Positions 19,559 through 28,974 of a stretch of 48,455 nucleotides of DNA are shown piece after piece; positions within the stretch are counted from its first letter, which is position 1, and every line of letters begins with the position of its first letter. The DNA comes from Candidatus Zixiibacteriota bacterium (lineage in GTDB: Bacteria > Zixibacteria > MSB-5A5 > WJJR01), in NCBI GenBank assembly GCA_036170655.1, contig JAVHPP010000062.1, forward strand, positions 1-48,455, read 5' to 3'. The notes under the pieces are model-generated. The model did no database searches and had not been told where the DNA came from. It saw only the letters and a list, made by a program, of their open reading frames with translations. A program made the position numbers and the translations under genes.

Positions 19559-20089
19559 ATGACATTCGATTCTCTCAAGAAGAAGATCCGCAACATTCCC
19601 GACCATCCCAAGCCCGGGATCGTTTTCCGGGACATCACCACTTTGCTCCGGGATAAAGGCGCTTTCCGAGAAGTACAGAGCATCCTGTTTGAACACTACA
19701 GCAGCCATCCCATTGACTTGGTCGCCGCCATCGAAGCGCGGGGGTTCATCTTCGGCGGCGCGCTGGCCAATGCGCTTAACGTCGGCTTTGTCCCCATGCG
19801 GAAACCGGGCAAACTCCCGGCCGCGACGATGTCGGAGACTTACTCGCTCGAATATGGTCAGGATCAAATCCAGATGCACGTCGATGCGGTTGCGCCGGGC
19901 CAGAAGGTCCTCTTGATCGACGATCTTCTCGCCACCGGCGGGACATTATCTGCCGCTGCCCGGCTGGTTGAAAAGGCCGGGGGGGAAGTCTTCGGCATCG
20001 GTTGTGTGATCGAACTGGCATTTCTTCACGGACGGGAACGTCTGAAGAACTACGACGTTTTTTCCGTGGTCACCTACGAGTCAGAATGA
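19559..20089 (+). CDS. apt: Adenine phosphoribosyltransferase
   Basis: PKPGIVFRDIT, EARGF, RKPGKLP, IDDLLATGGT. Confidence 0.97.
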   Translation: MTFDSLKKKIRNIPDHPKPGIVFRDITTLLRDKGAFREVQSILFEHYSSHPIDLVAAIEARGFIFGGALANALNVGFVPMRKPGKLPAATMSETYSLEYGQDQIQMHVDAVAPGQKVLLIDDLLATGGTLSAAARLVEKAGGEVFGIGCVIELAFLHGRERLKNYDVFSVVTYESE

Positions 20090-20121
20090 CCGTATCATGA
20101 ATGCGCGATGCGTCGCGCCCT

Positions 20122-20197
20122 GCCCCCGTAGCTCAGCAATGGATAGAGCAGCGGTTTCCTAAACCGCGTGTCGGCGGTTCGACTCCGCCCGGGGGTA
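20122..20197 (+). tRNA. tRNA-Arg(CCT)
   Basis: GCCCCCG/CGGGGGT acceptor stem, GCGGT-TTCCTAA-ACCGC anticodon arm, GGTTCGACTCC; CCA not encoded. Confidence 0.95.
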
Positions 20198-20347
20198 TTT
20201 TCTCGGTCTCTCACGCACAGACGCCAATCGAGTGACACAGCCAAACGGTATCACCATCGGCAATGAAGATGAAAGTCACCCTCTGCATAATGGCCAGAAT
20301 GACATGGCAATGCCCCCCGCTCGGAGTTGTGCATTTCTGGCCCCCCG

Positions 20348-21112
20348 CTAACGTTTTCGCATCGCGCGCAGCATGCTGATGACTTGGGAGGGTTCTGCTC
20401 GATTCTTGTAATCCGCTTCGAGAAACGCGTACCGGATGACACGATCGGCGCCGATGATGTGGGTCGCCGCGAGCGGAAGTTCATTGGATTGGTCACCGTT
20501 ATGGGCGGACAGCGAAATGAATCTGCTATAGGAAGCCACAACTGGATCAGGCACTTTGTACACGATGCCGAACGCGCGCGCGACATGATTCCCCACATCA
20601 CTGAGCACTTCAAATTCCACGCCCAACTTCTCTTTCGTGGAGAGTGAACTGTCGGGAACCTCAGGACCGATCGCGACCAATTGTGCGCCCAGTTCCCTGA
20701 CCTGAGGGAGGACATCCATCCATGCCCGAAGCGTCAAGCTGCAGTACGGACACCATCCTCCCCGGTACCACACGATGATGACTGGTCCCTTTCTGAGTAA
20801 TCCCGACAGAGTCAGGGTGTCGCCCAACGGATTCTGTAAGGCAAAGTCGGGGACGGTATCACCGACGTTGAGTGCACGGTCCAAAATCCCGGATTTGCGC
20901 AGATCCGCAATCGCACTGTCGTAGAGAGCGAAAGTCTGACTCGGAGCCCGGCGCGCGGAACGAGCCTTCAGCGAGTCCAATTTGGGCTGGAGCAGTGGAA
21001 TCGACTTTTGCGTCGAATCGATTGTGAGGCGCGCTTGCGCCCACGCCGACGGTGCCGCAAGGAACACTGTCACCGTCAAGGTAACTGCCTGAGTCCATGC
21101 GGGAATATGCAT
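20348..21112 (-). CDS. Exported peroxiredoxin-like (AhpC/TSA, PRXL2-type) protein
   Basis: Signal peptide (AWA-Q), YRGGWCPYC, LSDVGN, LPLAATHII, DYKNRAEP. Confidence 0.9.
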   Translation of the reverse strand: MHIPAWTQAVTLTVTVFLAAPSAWAQARLTIDSTQKSIPLLQPKLDSLKARSARRAPSQTFALYDSAIADLRKSGILDRALNVGDTVPDFALQNPLGDTLTLSGLLRKGPVIIVWYRGGWCPYCSLTLRAWMDVLPQVRELGAQLVAIGPEVPDSSLSTKEKLGVEFEVLSDVGNHVARAFGIVYKVPDPVVASYSRFISLSAHNGDQSNELPLAATHIIGADRVIRYAFLEADYKNRAEPSQVISMLRAMRKR

Positions 21113-21195
21113 CGTGTCTCCTCTCCGGCAAGTCCGCCGGCCGGATATCTCGCATCAACTGGCGTTTGTCCACTTTGTTCCCCCTATGAAGAAGA

Positions 21196-21209
21196 TCCGC
21201 CCGGGGGTA
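21196..21209 (+). repeat. attR-like duplication of the tRNA-Arg 3' end
   Basis: TCCGCCCGGGGGTA is identical to 20184-20197. Confidence 0.75.
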
Positions 21210-21211
21210 CT

Positions 21212-21538
21212 CTATGGTTGCTTCGGCCTGAATCCGTAGCAGCCCCAAGCCAGCACATAGCAGAAGAACCCGGCCAGGATAACCGAGTTGAATCCGTACG
21301 CCATCGCCATGCCGACTGCTCCCACCGATCCGAGGACCGACGCAGCGCCATTGAGACCCAATGCCCATGGAACGGCGGTATGATCCTCGATTCCCAGACG
21401 CGTAATGCCCAGAGGAAACGGATGACCCATCAGGAATCCCAGCGGGGACAGCGCCAGCAGGCTGATAGCGATGCGTACTGCCAGAGGAAGAAACAGAGTT
21501 GCGCGAAAGAGGACTGGAAGGAGCGCCAGCTCGATTCC
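21212..21538 (-). pseudogene. 5'-truncated remnant of a spermidine-synthase-like/MFS-fused membrane protein (last TM helices only)
   Basis: Reads ...RIAISLLALSPLGFLMGHPFPLG...VPWALGLNGAASVLGS..., the C-terminal motif of that family. An in-frame stop lies shortly upstream and no N-terminal part is present. Confidence 0.65.
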
Positions 21539-21779
21539 GACACAAGCCGTCTCACGGCCTCGCAGTTGGTCACTGCGCCCCTCGGAGCGAAGGGACGTGA
21601 TTCCGTAGTCAGGCTACCCCGTTTCTCCGGTCGGCACAAGAAAATACTGGATGGTCGTTTACGGACACGGCGGCAAGCTCACGGGCGATCCCGGTGGACT
21701 GGGATCGCCCGTGCGCAGAGCACACAGTCTGCGCGATTTGCGGGTAATCTCTATTGGCAAGATGTCGAACGCCACGACC

Positions 21780-23477
21780 CTATCGTGGGCACTGGCTGCC
21801 GAGCATGCACGGATTGCATGGCCCCGGCCCATTGTTGAAAGCGCCGTCAACGAATGCGACGACGTCGAGCACGTCCACGGCGCAATCACAGTTAAAATCG
21901 GACCGCCCAACATGCGGACATGATGGATCGACGACGATGGCGCCGCCGTTGAAAGCGGCGTCAACCACATCGACGACGTCCAACACGTCGAGCGCGCTAT
22001 CTCCGTTGGGATCTCCCTGGAAGGCGCAATTGCATCCCGTCACGACCGTGATCCGGATGGTCGCCGTGTTGGAGTTGGCATTTCCGTCACTTGCAACATA
22101 CTTGATCGAATCCGGTCCTTGGTAACCGAGCGCGGGCGTATAGGTGAAACTGCCGGTGGCGGGGCTAAAGCCCGACACGCTCCCGTGAAATGGCCCGCTG
22201 GTCTGCGTCACCGTCCAACTCACGTTGTCCACATCGGTGACCGGCATGGCGCCGATGGCAGACGGCGTGTTGACCATCACAGTGGTAACGACGTCCGCCG
22301 CGACCGGAGCATCATTGACCGGTGTGATGATGAAGAACACGGTACCCACGCCGGAAATGGTTTGGCCGTCGGTCACGCGAAATGTCAGCGTGTCGCCGCC
22401 GTTGTAGTTCAGCGAAGGAGAGTAGTTGAATGCGCCGTTGGAGGAGTTCAGCCCGCTGGCGACTCCATGATGGGGGCCACTGAGAATCGAGTACGTCAGC
22501 AAACCGCCATCCGGATCGTATGCCTGGAGTTGCGACGCCACGGCCACGTCCTCGAGTGTCGTCACCATCGTGTCACGAGCAACGGGGATTCCGTTGACGG
22601 AAATTGCCACAACCTCGGTATCGGCGTTGGCGCCATCCGACGCGATGAACCGGACATTGAACACGCCAAACTGACTGGCCATCGGTGAAAAAGTGAAAAT
22701 CCCAGTGCCGTTGGCGTTCGCGGTAAAGGTGGCATTGGCCGGTACATCTTCCGCTGACAATGCGGGGAAAGTCCCGTTGCAATCGGTGGCAGACACGTTG
22801 AAGTTCAGCGTCGAGCCCGCATTCAGTGACTTGGGCCCGATCGGGTCAAGTGTCGGGGCCGTGCCGTTCGGCAGCCCCACAAATCCCGTTGTCCCATCGT
22901 TCTTCGTCGGCGAATTCGCCATCACAACGAAATCTGCGGCGTTGTTTCTCGTCAAATCGTTAAATGTTACGCGCGTTAGCGACAGGAATCCATCGCAGGG
23001 GAGAGGCGCCGCCGGAAGACCAAAGCCTGTGTTGCTCCCCGTGTAGTTGCCATAGGCCACGGCATCGACGACCCCCCCGAGGTCCGTGCCGAATTCGATC
23101 CGCCCATTGTGCAGAGAAATCGTACCACTGGGAATAATAAAGTCGGGCGTGAACCCCAGAATATCGGCCACACCCTGTGTGGCAAGCAGGATCGTCTCGT
23201 TGTTGTCTAATGCCGGAAAAGACGACGTAAAATCGAAGACCAGATTCGTCGACGCCCCGCTGGCATTCTTGGCATTCACCCGGGTCGGTGCCAGATTCGT
23301 CTGGAAATTTGCGATGGCTTGCAACTCGACGAACTGGAGTGTCCCGTCGCTATTCGTGAAAACTTCGCTGACCATGTTCAAATGGAACGTACTCGGGTCA
23401 GCCATTGTTGTGGCGTTGCCCCCCGTCACCATTAGACCGATCAATACCCCCAAACAACCCCGGCGCGCATGCATCAT
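21780..23477 (-). CDS. Secreted Ig-like/cadherin-like (Big_9) repeat protein with C-terminal Cys-rich dockerin-like domain
   Basis: Signal peptide; N-domain FHLNMVSEVFTNSDGTLQFVEL; three Ig-like modules (TPVNDAPVA, FTYTP..Y.G.D); DVLDVV twice in the tail. Confidence 0.85.
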   Translation of the reverse strand: MMHARRGCLGVLIGLMVTGGNATTMADPSTFHLNMVSEVFTNSDGTLQFVELQAIANFQTNLAPTRVNAKNASGASTNLVFDFTSSFPALDNNETILLATQGVADILGFTPDFIIPSGTISLHNGRIEFGTDLGGVVDAVAYGNYTGSNTGFGLPAAPLPCDGFLSLTRVTFNDLTRNNAADFVVMANSPTKNDGTTGFVGLPNGTAPTLDPIGPKSLNAGSTLNFNVSATDCNGTFPALSAEDVPANATFTANANGTGIFTFSPMASQFGVFNVRFIASDGANADTEVVAISVNGIPVARDTMVTTLEDVAVASQLQAYDPDGGLLTYSILSGPHHGVASGLNSSNGAFNYSPSLNYNGGDTLTFRVTDGQTISGVGTVFFIITPVNDAPVAADVVTTVMVNTPSAIGAMPVTDVDNVSWTVTQTSGPFHGSVSGFSPATGSFTYTPALGYQGPDSIKYVASDGNANSNTATIRITVVTGCNCAFQGDPNGDSALDVLDVVDVVDAAFNGGAIVVDPSCPHVGRSDFNCDCAVDVLDVVAFVDGAFNNGPGPCNPCMLGSQCPR

Positions 23478-23857
23478 AAGACCTCCCCGGCTTCCTCACA
23501 GAAGACCCGAATTGTGGAAATCGTTCTTCAATTCGCCAATTGGCAGATTCACTTGAATGACAACCCCGATCGCACGGGTGTACCTCCCCAATGCAGCATA
23601 CGGCCGAAAAGCTCCTCATCAAGCCAAATAGCGACTGTTTTACTCCTGTTTATCGGCACCCTTTACCCTTGACCGGCCCGCCCTCAACGGCAAAACGGCG
23701 TCAAGAAATACGTCTCACTGCCTTGACAACCCGCTGTTATTTGCGATCTTATAAGAGGTTGCGGCGTAACGATCACCGTTGCAACCGTGGGATATGTTCT
23801 TACTGGTCTCTGTGTTTGCATCGGATTCGCAGAGGTCGCCAATCGGAGGGCAATCAG

Positions 23858-25567
23858 ATGAAACGGCATGTCATCTTCACATCGGTCGCGCTGGCTTTGA
23901 CCATCTTAGGCGTTAGTCCGGCTTTGGCTGTTAATTCGCTGGTGGTCGAGTCTAAGACAGTAAATAAGGGACAGGCCGGGGTCATGATCGCGGTCCGGCT
24001 GACCAATGATGTCCCGCTCCGCAGTCTTGTTATTCCGCTGATCCTTCGCGAGGTCACCGGCGCGGCTTTCGTCACCGCGCTCCAGCCTCTTTATGGAGAA
24101 CGTCTGCCGACGGCCTCAGGTTCCCCACTGGCGGATATTTCAATACGGAATCAATACGCCGACGAGAACGGCAGTTGTAAGGCGGGCCAGCCCGGCGGAA
24201 TGGGTGCGCTCACTTTCAATGACGGCGCCAGCCATCCCGTGGCCGCCGCGCCAGAGGGCGTGATGTTCGTCCGCAGCAAGATCATCGGGGCCAATCTGCC
24301 GGCCGGGATCGACACGGTGGGATCGATGTCCCTTCTGGTCGATGTCACAACAGCCCAGGGTGTCTTCGAGATCGACACAATCTGCACGAATCCGGCCAAT
24401 CATATTCTTTTGGTTCGCGACAATCCGCCGACCAATACATCCTATGTCCCGGATTTCACCAAGGGTATCATCAACGTGGGCCATCCGCCGGTCGCCCGCG
24501 ACACTTCCTGGTCGACCAATGAGGACGTCCCGCGGCCTGTCACCTACTTGCCGGCGTCAGACCCCGATCTTGACCCCCTCACGTTTAACATTAGCTCAGG
24601 CCCGGAACATGGTGTCATTACATTGTTTATGCCAGCGAATGGAGCGTTTACATACACGCCCTCGCTGAACTATAACGGTCCTGATTCCATTCGTTTCACC
24701 GCCAGTGATGGGGGCTTCTTCTCGAATGTCGGAACTGTACGGATCACGGTGAAACCCGTCAATGATGCCCCGGCAGCGCGCGACACAGTCGTCACAACGG
24801 CCGAAGACACGCCCGTTAATGCTTTGTTCCAAGCGGACGACATCGACGGCGACGCGGTAACGTTCACCAAACTCAGCGGACCATTCCACGGCACGTTCTC
24901 GGGGTTCGATGCCGCCACTGGAGCTTTCACGTATACGCCGGCGTCTGACTACAATGGAGCGGATTCCATCACGTTCCGGGCAAAGGATGGTGTCTTGAAC
25001 TCCAACACGGCGACAGTGCGAATCACGGTTACCCCAGTGAATGATGCACCTGTTGCCCGCGACACGCTGGTCGTGACCGGCAAGGATGTCCCAGCCACGG
25101 CGCGTTTCCAGTCATTCGACATCGATGGTGGACCGCCGGTCTACGCGCGCCTGACGGGACCGTTCAACGGGACCTTCACGGGTTTTGATCCATCAACCGG
25201 AGTCTTCACCTACACCCCGAGTCCGGGGTATGCCGGACACGATTCGATCACATTCGACGTCAGCGATGGACTGGCAACATCGAATGTCGGGACCGTCAGA
25301 ATCAATGTCACGACAACCTTCTGCCGTTGTGACCATGTCGAGGATCCAAACATCGACGGCGCCAAAGACGTGCTGGATGTTGTCGATGTGATCGACGTGG
25401 TTTTTGACGGTCTGCCGTTCCCAATCTACCCGCCGTGCCGGTTCGCCTATGAGGACGTGAACTGCGACTGCTCGATTGATGTTCTCGACGTCGTCAAGAT
25501 CATCGCCGTGGTGTTCGAGAACGACCCGTCGCCACCGTGCGATCTCTGTGCAGCAATCTGCCGCTGA
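23858..25567 (+). CDS. Secreted protein: cohesin-like domain + 3 Big_9/cadherin-like repeats + Cys-rich dockerin-like domain
   Basis: GGAGG RBS; signal peptide (ALA-V); beta-rich domain ending PDFTKGIINV; three PVARD...FTYTP..Y.G.DSI.F repeats; DVLDVV twice in the tail. Confidence 0.82.
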   Translation: MKRHVIFTSVALALTILGVSPALAVNSLVVESKTVNKGQAGVMIAVRLTNDVPLRSLVIPLILREVTGAAFVTALQPLYGERLPTASGSPLADISIRNQYADENGSCKAGQPGGMGALTFNDGASHPVAAAPEGVMFVRSKIIGANLPAGIDTVGSMSLLVDVTTAQGVFEIDTICTNPANHILLVRDNPPTNTSYVPDFTKGIINVGHPPVARDTSWSTNEDVPRPVTYLPASDPDLDPLTFNISSGPEHGVITLFMPANGAFTYTPSLNYNGPDSIRFTASDGGFFSNVGTVRITVKPVNDAPAARDTVVTTAEDTPVNALFQADDIDGDAVTFTKLSGPFHGTFSGFDAATGAFTYTPASDYNGADSITFRAKDGVLNSNTATVRITVTPVNDAPVARDTLVVTGKDVPATARFQSFDIDGGPPVYARLTGPFNGTFTGFDPSTGVFTYTPSPGYAGHDSITFDVSDGLATSNVGTVRINVTTTFCRCDHVEDPNIDGAKDVLDVVDVIDVVFDGLPFPIYPPCRFAYEDVNCDCSIDVLDVVKIIAVVFENDPSPPCDLCAAICR

Positions 25568-25934
25568 TCGCATATCGAAGACCCCTGCTTCGGGGCTGCC
25601 TTGCAGCCCCCCCGAACGGCCCAAGCGCGATTCTTGGGCCGCTTGGCATCCACGCGCTGGGCAAGTAACGCGCGAAGCCCAAAATGACCGGGAATAGAAG
25701 CCCAGCCCAAGGGTATTGAGGAAGGCGGTTGACGGTCGACACGCGTGTTTCTGTGTCCGTGTCGCCAGTCAAAGGGAATAATCAGTTGACAAGGGCAGGG
25801 CAGAGGGATAATTTTTGCGCTTTGTCTTTCCGGGGCAACGATCCGGGAAGGCAATCCGGGGGACCGCAGCCGGGTGGGATTGAGTAGATCCGGCTGAGAC
25901 ATGGTTGGAACGATTGAGGGAGAGGACGGACTCG

Positions 25935-27434
25935 ATGAGAAGCAAAGCGGTGGGAACCTGTCTGACCGGCATCGCGGTCGTTTTCTCGTTGCTAACTGGT
26001 TCGGCATCGGCTCAGGGCGTGTTGGGCAACTCCTTCCAGAACTGGAACTTCTTAGGCAGTGGCGCCCGTGCACGCGGGATGGGGGGCGCGTTCTTAGGGA
26101 TTTCCGATGACGCGAACGCCGCAACTTGGAATCCCGCCGGCTTGATCTACAACGAAGGTGTTTCGGTGACAATGAACTATAGCCTTGCGCATGTCGGCCT
26201 GGATCTGGACAGCCGATCCGTCAGCAAGGGCCTCTCCAGTCTGTCGGCGGCGACCTTCCTGGCGCCATTGACTCTGCGCGACCATGAGTTCCTGCTCTCG
26301 GCCTATTACAACCGTTTGCAGGATGTCTACGCCCAGAGCGAGTTTAATGTCGACAACAACACGCTGACGCACGTCGGAGTGCCGTTCAGTGCACACTACC
26401 TGATGACGGGAAACCTGGCGGTGGTCGGCGGCGGTTTTGGAACCGTGATCAAGGGGGGGCTGAGCCTTGGCGGTACACTCAATATCGCCACGGGCGACGG
26501 AGTCGAACTCGACAAGATTCATCTCGACTCGAATCGTTACAGCGGCGCCATTTCCCAGGACGTCTATTGGAACGACAAGTCCGACCTCGACTATTCTGGT
26601 GTGAATGTGAATGTGGGTGTTCTCTACAAGGCCGATCGCTGGTCGGCCGGAATGATCTTCAGTCCGCGTTGGACACTCACCCAGAAGCTCCACTACGAAT
26701 CTTACACCGAAAAAATCGAAACGCAGATTCCTGTGATTTCCCCAACCCTCGTCCCCGGTCCCCACGGGACCGACCGTCAGATTGTGATACCGTACACCGT
26801 GGGTCTTGGAGGGGCCTATCGTTTGACCGACAATGTCCGCTTGGCGGCTGACTATCAGTTCCGTGCCTTCAAGCGAGAGGGCAGTTACGGTTTTCAGGCC
26901 AGCGCCATCTCGCCGGATACGTCCTTTGAGACCCTGCCGACCAAGTGGTATAACTTGCATCAGGTCCGCGTGGGCGCCGAGTATATGCGTGAAACCCGGT
27001 GGGGAACACTGCCGTTTCGCGTTGGTCTGCGAAACGAGCCGATGTTGATCGGCAACACCACGGGTTCAACGGTACAGTTTGAAGGACGTGACAGTAAGGA
27101 GCGCCCGGTACTGACCAAAGATGCCCAGTACCTTTTTCCGCTGACATTTGCCGGAGCGGTGGGCAGCCAGGTGAATGGCTGGACACTCGCCTTTGGGTCG
27201 GGCGTTTATTGGTCCCAGATCCATCTCGACATGGCGTTGGAATTCACCGGCTACTCCTATGATGAGAAGGCGGGGTTGGTCAGGATGGTCCGCGCCTGCC
27301 ACGACTGCGAGCCCGGGCCGAAGGTCTTCACCGATGAATGGGGTAAACGGTTCGAGGAAGACTACGGCACTTTTAGCCGCACGTACAAAGACAACCGTGT
27401 CCGGCTGTCGTTGAATTTCACCGGGTATTTCTAA
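25935..27434 (+). CDS. Outer-membrane beta-barrel, FadL/PorV-like
   Basis: Signal peptide; GSGARARGMGGAFLGISDDANAATWNPAGL hatch motif; alternating beta-strands; terminal Phe (FTGYF). Confidence 0.85.
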   Translation: MRSKAVGTCLTGIAVVFSLLTGSASAQGVLGNSFQNWNFLGSGARARGMGGAFLGISDDANAATWNPAGLIYNEGVSVTMNYSLAHVGLDLDSRSVSKGLSSLSAATFLAPLTLRDHEFLLSAYYNRLQDVYAQSEFNVDNNTLTHVGVPFSAHYLMTGNLAVVGGGFGTVIKGGLSLGGTLNIATGDGVELDKIHLDSNRYSGAISQDVYWNDKSDLDYSGVNVNVGVLYKADRWSAGMIFSPRWTLTQKLHYESYTEKIETQIPVISPTLVPGPHGTDRQIVIPYTVGLGGAYRLTDNVRLAADYQFRAFKREGSYGFQASAISPDTSFETLPTKWYNLHQVRVGAEYMRETRWGTLPFRVGLRNEPMLIGNTTGSTVQFEGRDSKERPVLTKDAQYLFPLTFAGAVGSQVNGWTLAFGSGVYWSQIHLDMALEFTGYSYDEKAGLVRMVRACHDCEPGPKVFTDEWGKRFEEDYGTFSRTYKDNRVRLSLNFTGYF

Positions 27435-27575
27435 GCCAGGGCCTTCGTTTCGGGGCGATTTGTGCTCTAAAGGCACGAGGGAAATAGTCGAAAGTCTTAA
27501 CGGGAGCACAAGGGACAACAGGCCGGACCCGATTGGCAGCAGTCCAAAACCTCGTTTGCGGAGCAGATAAATCTG

Positions 27576-28277
27576 ATGACGACCACACATGCACGACAGC
27601 GTCTATCGAAGCATCAACTGAGGGAAGACCTTTTCAGCACAGCGATTTTCTCCGCGCGTGAGTGGGCGCAGGAGAATCTGCGACTGACCCTCATTGTGGC
27701 GGGTGGCGTGATCGTCGTCATTGCCCTGATTCTCGGCGTCCGCAGCTACATCGGCAGCCGGGCCGAATCGGCGGCCGTGCTCTATGGCGAAGCGGGAGTC
27801 GAACTGCGCGGGGGCAATCTTGCAACCGCCATCGTCAGCCTGCGAAAGGTCATGGATGACTACCCGGGATCCAGTGTCGCCGGCCTGGCCTGTGTCCAGT
27901 TGGCCGACTCGTACTTCCGCCAGCGGAGTTTCGAGGAAGCAAAATCGTACTTCCAGCGTTACTTGGATGACTACAACAAAGACCCTCTGCTGATCGCGGC
28001 GTCGTGGGCCGGACTGGCGGCCATCAATGAGCAGGCGTCCGCCAACGGTGAGGGCGCCAAGCAATACCGCAAAGCGGCGCAGGTCAATCCCAAGACTTTT
28101 CAGGCCACTGAGAACCTTCATTCGGCGCTGCGGTGTGCCATTGCCGCGAAAGATTCTGCCTTGGCATCAGATGTCTTCAATGAATTGCAGAAGGATCTCC
28201 CGCCAAATGATCAGGCGGCAAGGACCGGTCGGCAACTCATGATTGAGCGCGGTTATCTCCCGCCCAAAGCGCCATAA
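27576..28277 (+). CDS. Membrane-anchored TPR protein (YfgM-like)
   Basis: LREDLF N-terminus, one TM helix, TPR-like helices with YPGS turn. Confidence 0.8.
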   Translation: MTTTHARQRLSKHQLREDLFSTAIFSAREWAQENLRLTLIVAGGVIVVIALILGVRSYIGSRAESAAVLYGEAGVELRGGNLATAIVSLRKVMDDYPGSSVAGLACVQLADSYFRQRSFEEAKSYFQRYLDDYNKDPLLIAASWAGLAAINEQASANGEGAKQYRKAAQVNPKTFQATENLHSALRCAIAAKDSALASDVFNELQKDLPPNDQAARTGRQLMIERGYLPPKAP

Positions 28278-28420
28278 GATTCCTGTCAGCCACTGTCACA
28301 AGAGAACTCTCTGGAGTGCGGGAGAAGGCGCAGAGCCGGTCTTCTTACCCGGCATCTGCTTTTTGAGATGCTCCAAAGAATCATTGCCTCGCTCCATTTC
28401 CAACGGTATTTTATGATGGG

Positions 28421-28837
28421 ATGGATGAGCACAGTTCCGCCGACAAAGTTGGCAGCGCACAATCGGACGGTGCGACGGATGCCCCGGGCACCCGGTTGCG
28501 CGATGCATTCGATGACCCGACCCCCGTGTCCGAGGAGATCGAAGAAGGACGCGCACCCGCGATCCTGGCTTATGTCCCGTTTGGCTGTTTCGTCGCTTTG
28601 GTCCGCTATCGCCACAATGCCTTTGCCCTGCGTCATGGGAAACAGGGATTGTTCCTCACTTTCTGTGAGATGCTGGCTGGCCTCTTTCTGATCCCCCGGT
28701 TGTCCGAGTACTTCTGGGTCACAGTTGTTTTCGCGTCGCTCGCCTCGACGGTGACCGGCGTCTACTACGCACTTCAAGGCAAGGACTGGACCATTCCCAT
28801 CGTCGGGAAATGGTTTGACGAACACATGAAGATTTAG
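28421..28837 (+). CDS. DUF4870-type small membrane protein
   Basis: AILAYVPF, HGKQGLFL, ALQGKDWTIPIVG. Confidence 0.8.
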   Translation: MDEHSSADKVGSAQSDGATDAPGTRLRDAFDDPTPVSEEIEEGRAPAILAYVPFGCFVALVRYRHNAFALRHGKQGLFLTFCEMLAGLFLIPRLSEYFWVTVVFASLASTVTGVYYALQGKDWTIPIVGKWFDEHMKI

Positions 28838-28974
28838 CGATACCTTGGGGGGCCTGGCAGACCAGTCTATCTCCGCTGATCTGCGCGCGTTGCGTGGCAC
28901 ATACGCCAGTGTCCCTGCCGTTGTGGATGGACCACATCTGCCCCTGATTGATGCGGCACCCGTGAGGACATTGT

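Noticed and set aside
25830..25900. Possible c-di-GMP (GEMM) riboswitch upstream of the beta-barrel gene
   Set aside because: Only GGCAA and GGGAC fragments match; the GAAA-capped P1 and GCAAAGCC core are missing.
27295..27310. CHDC in the barrel as a heme c binding site
   Set aside because: The motif is CxxCE, not CxxCH.
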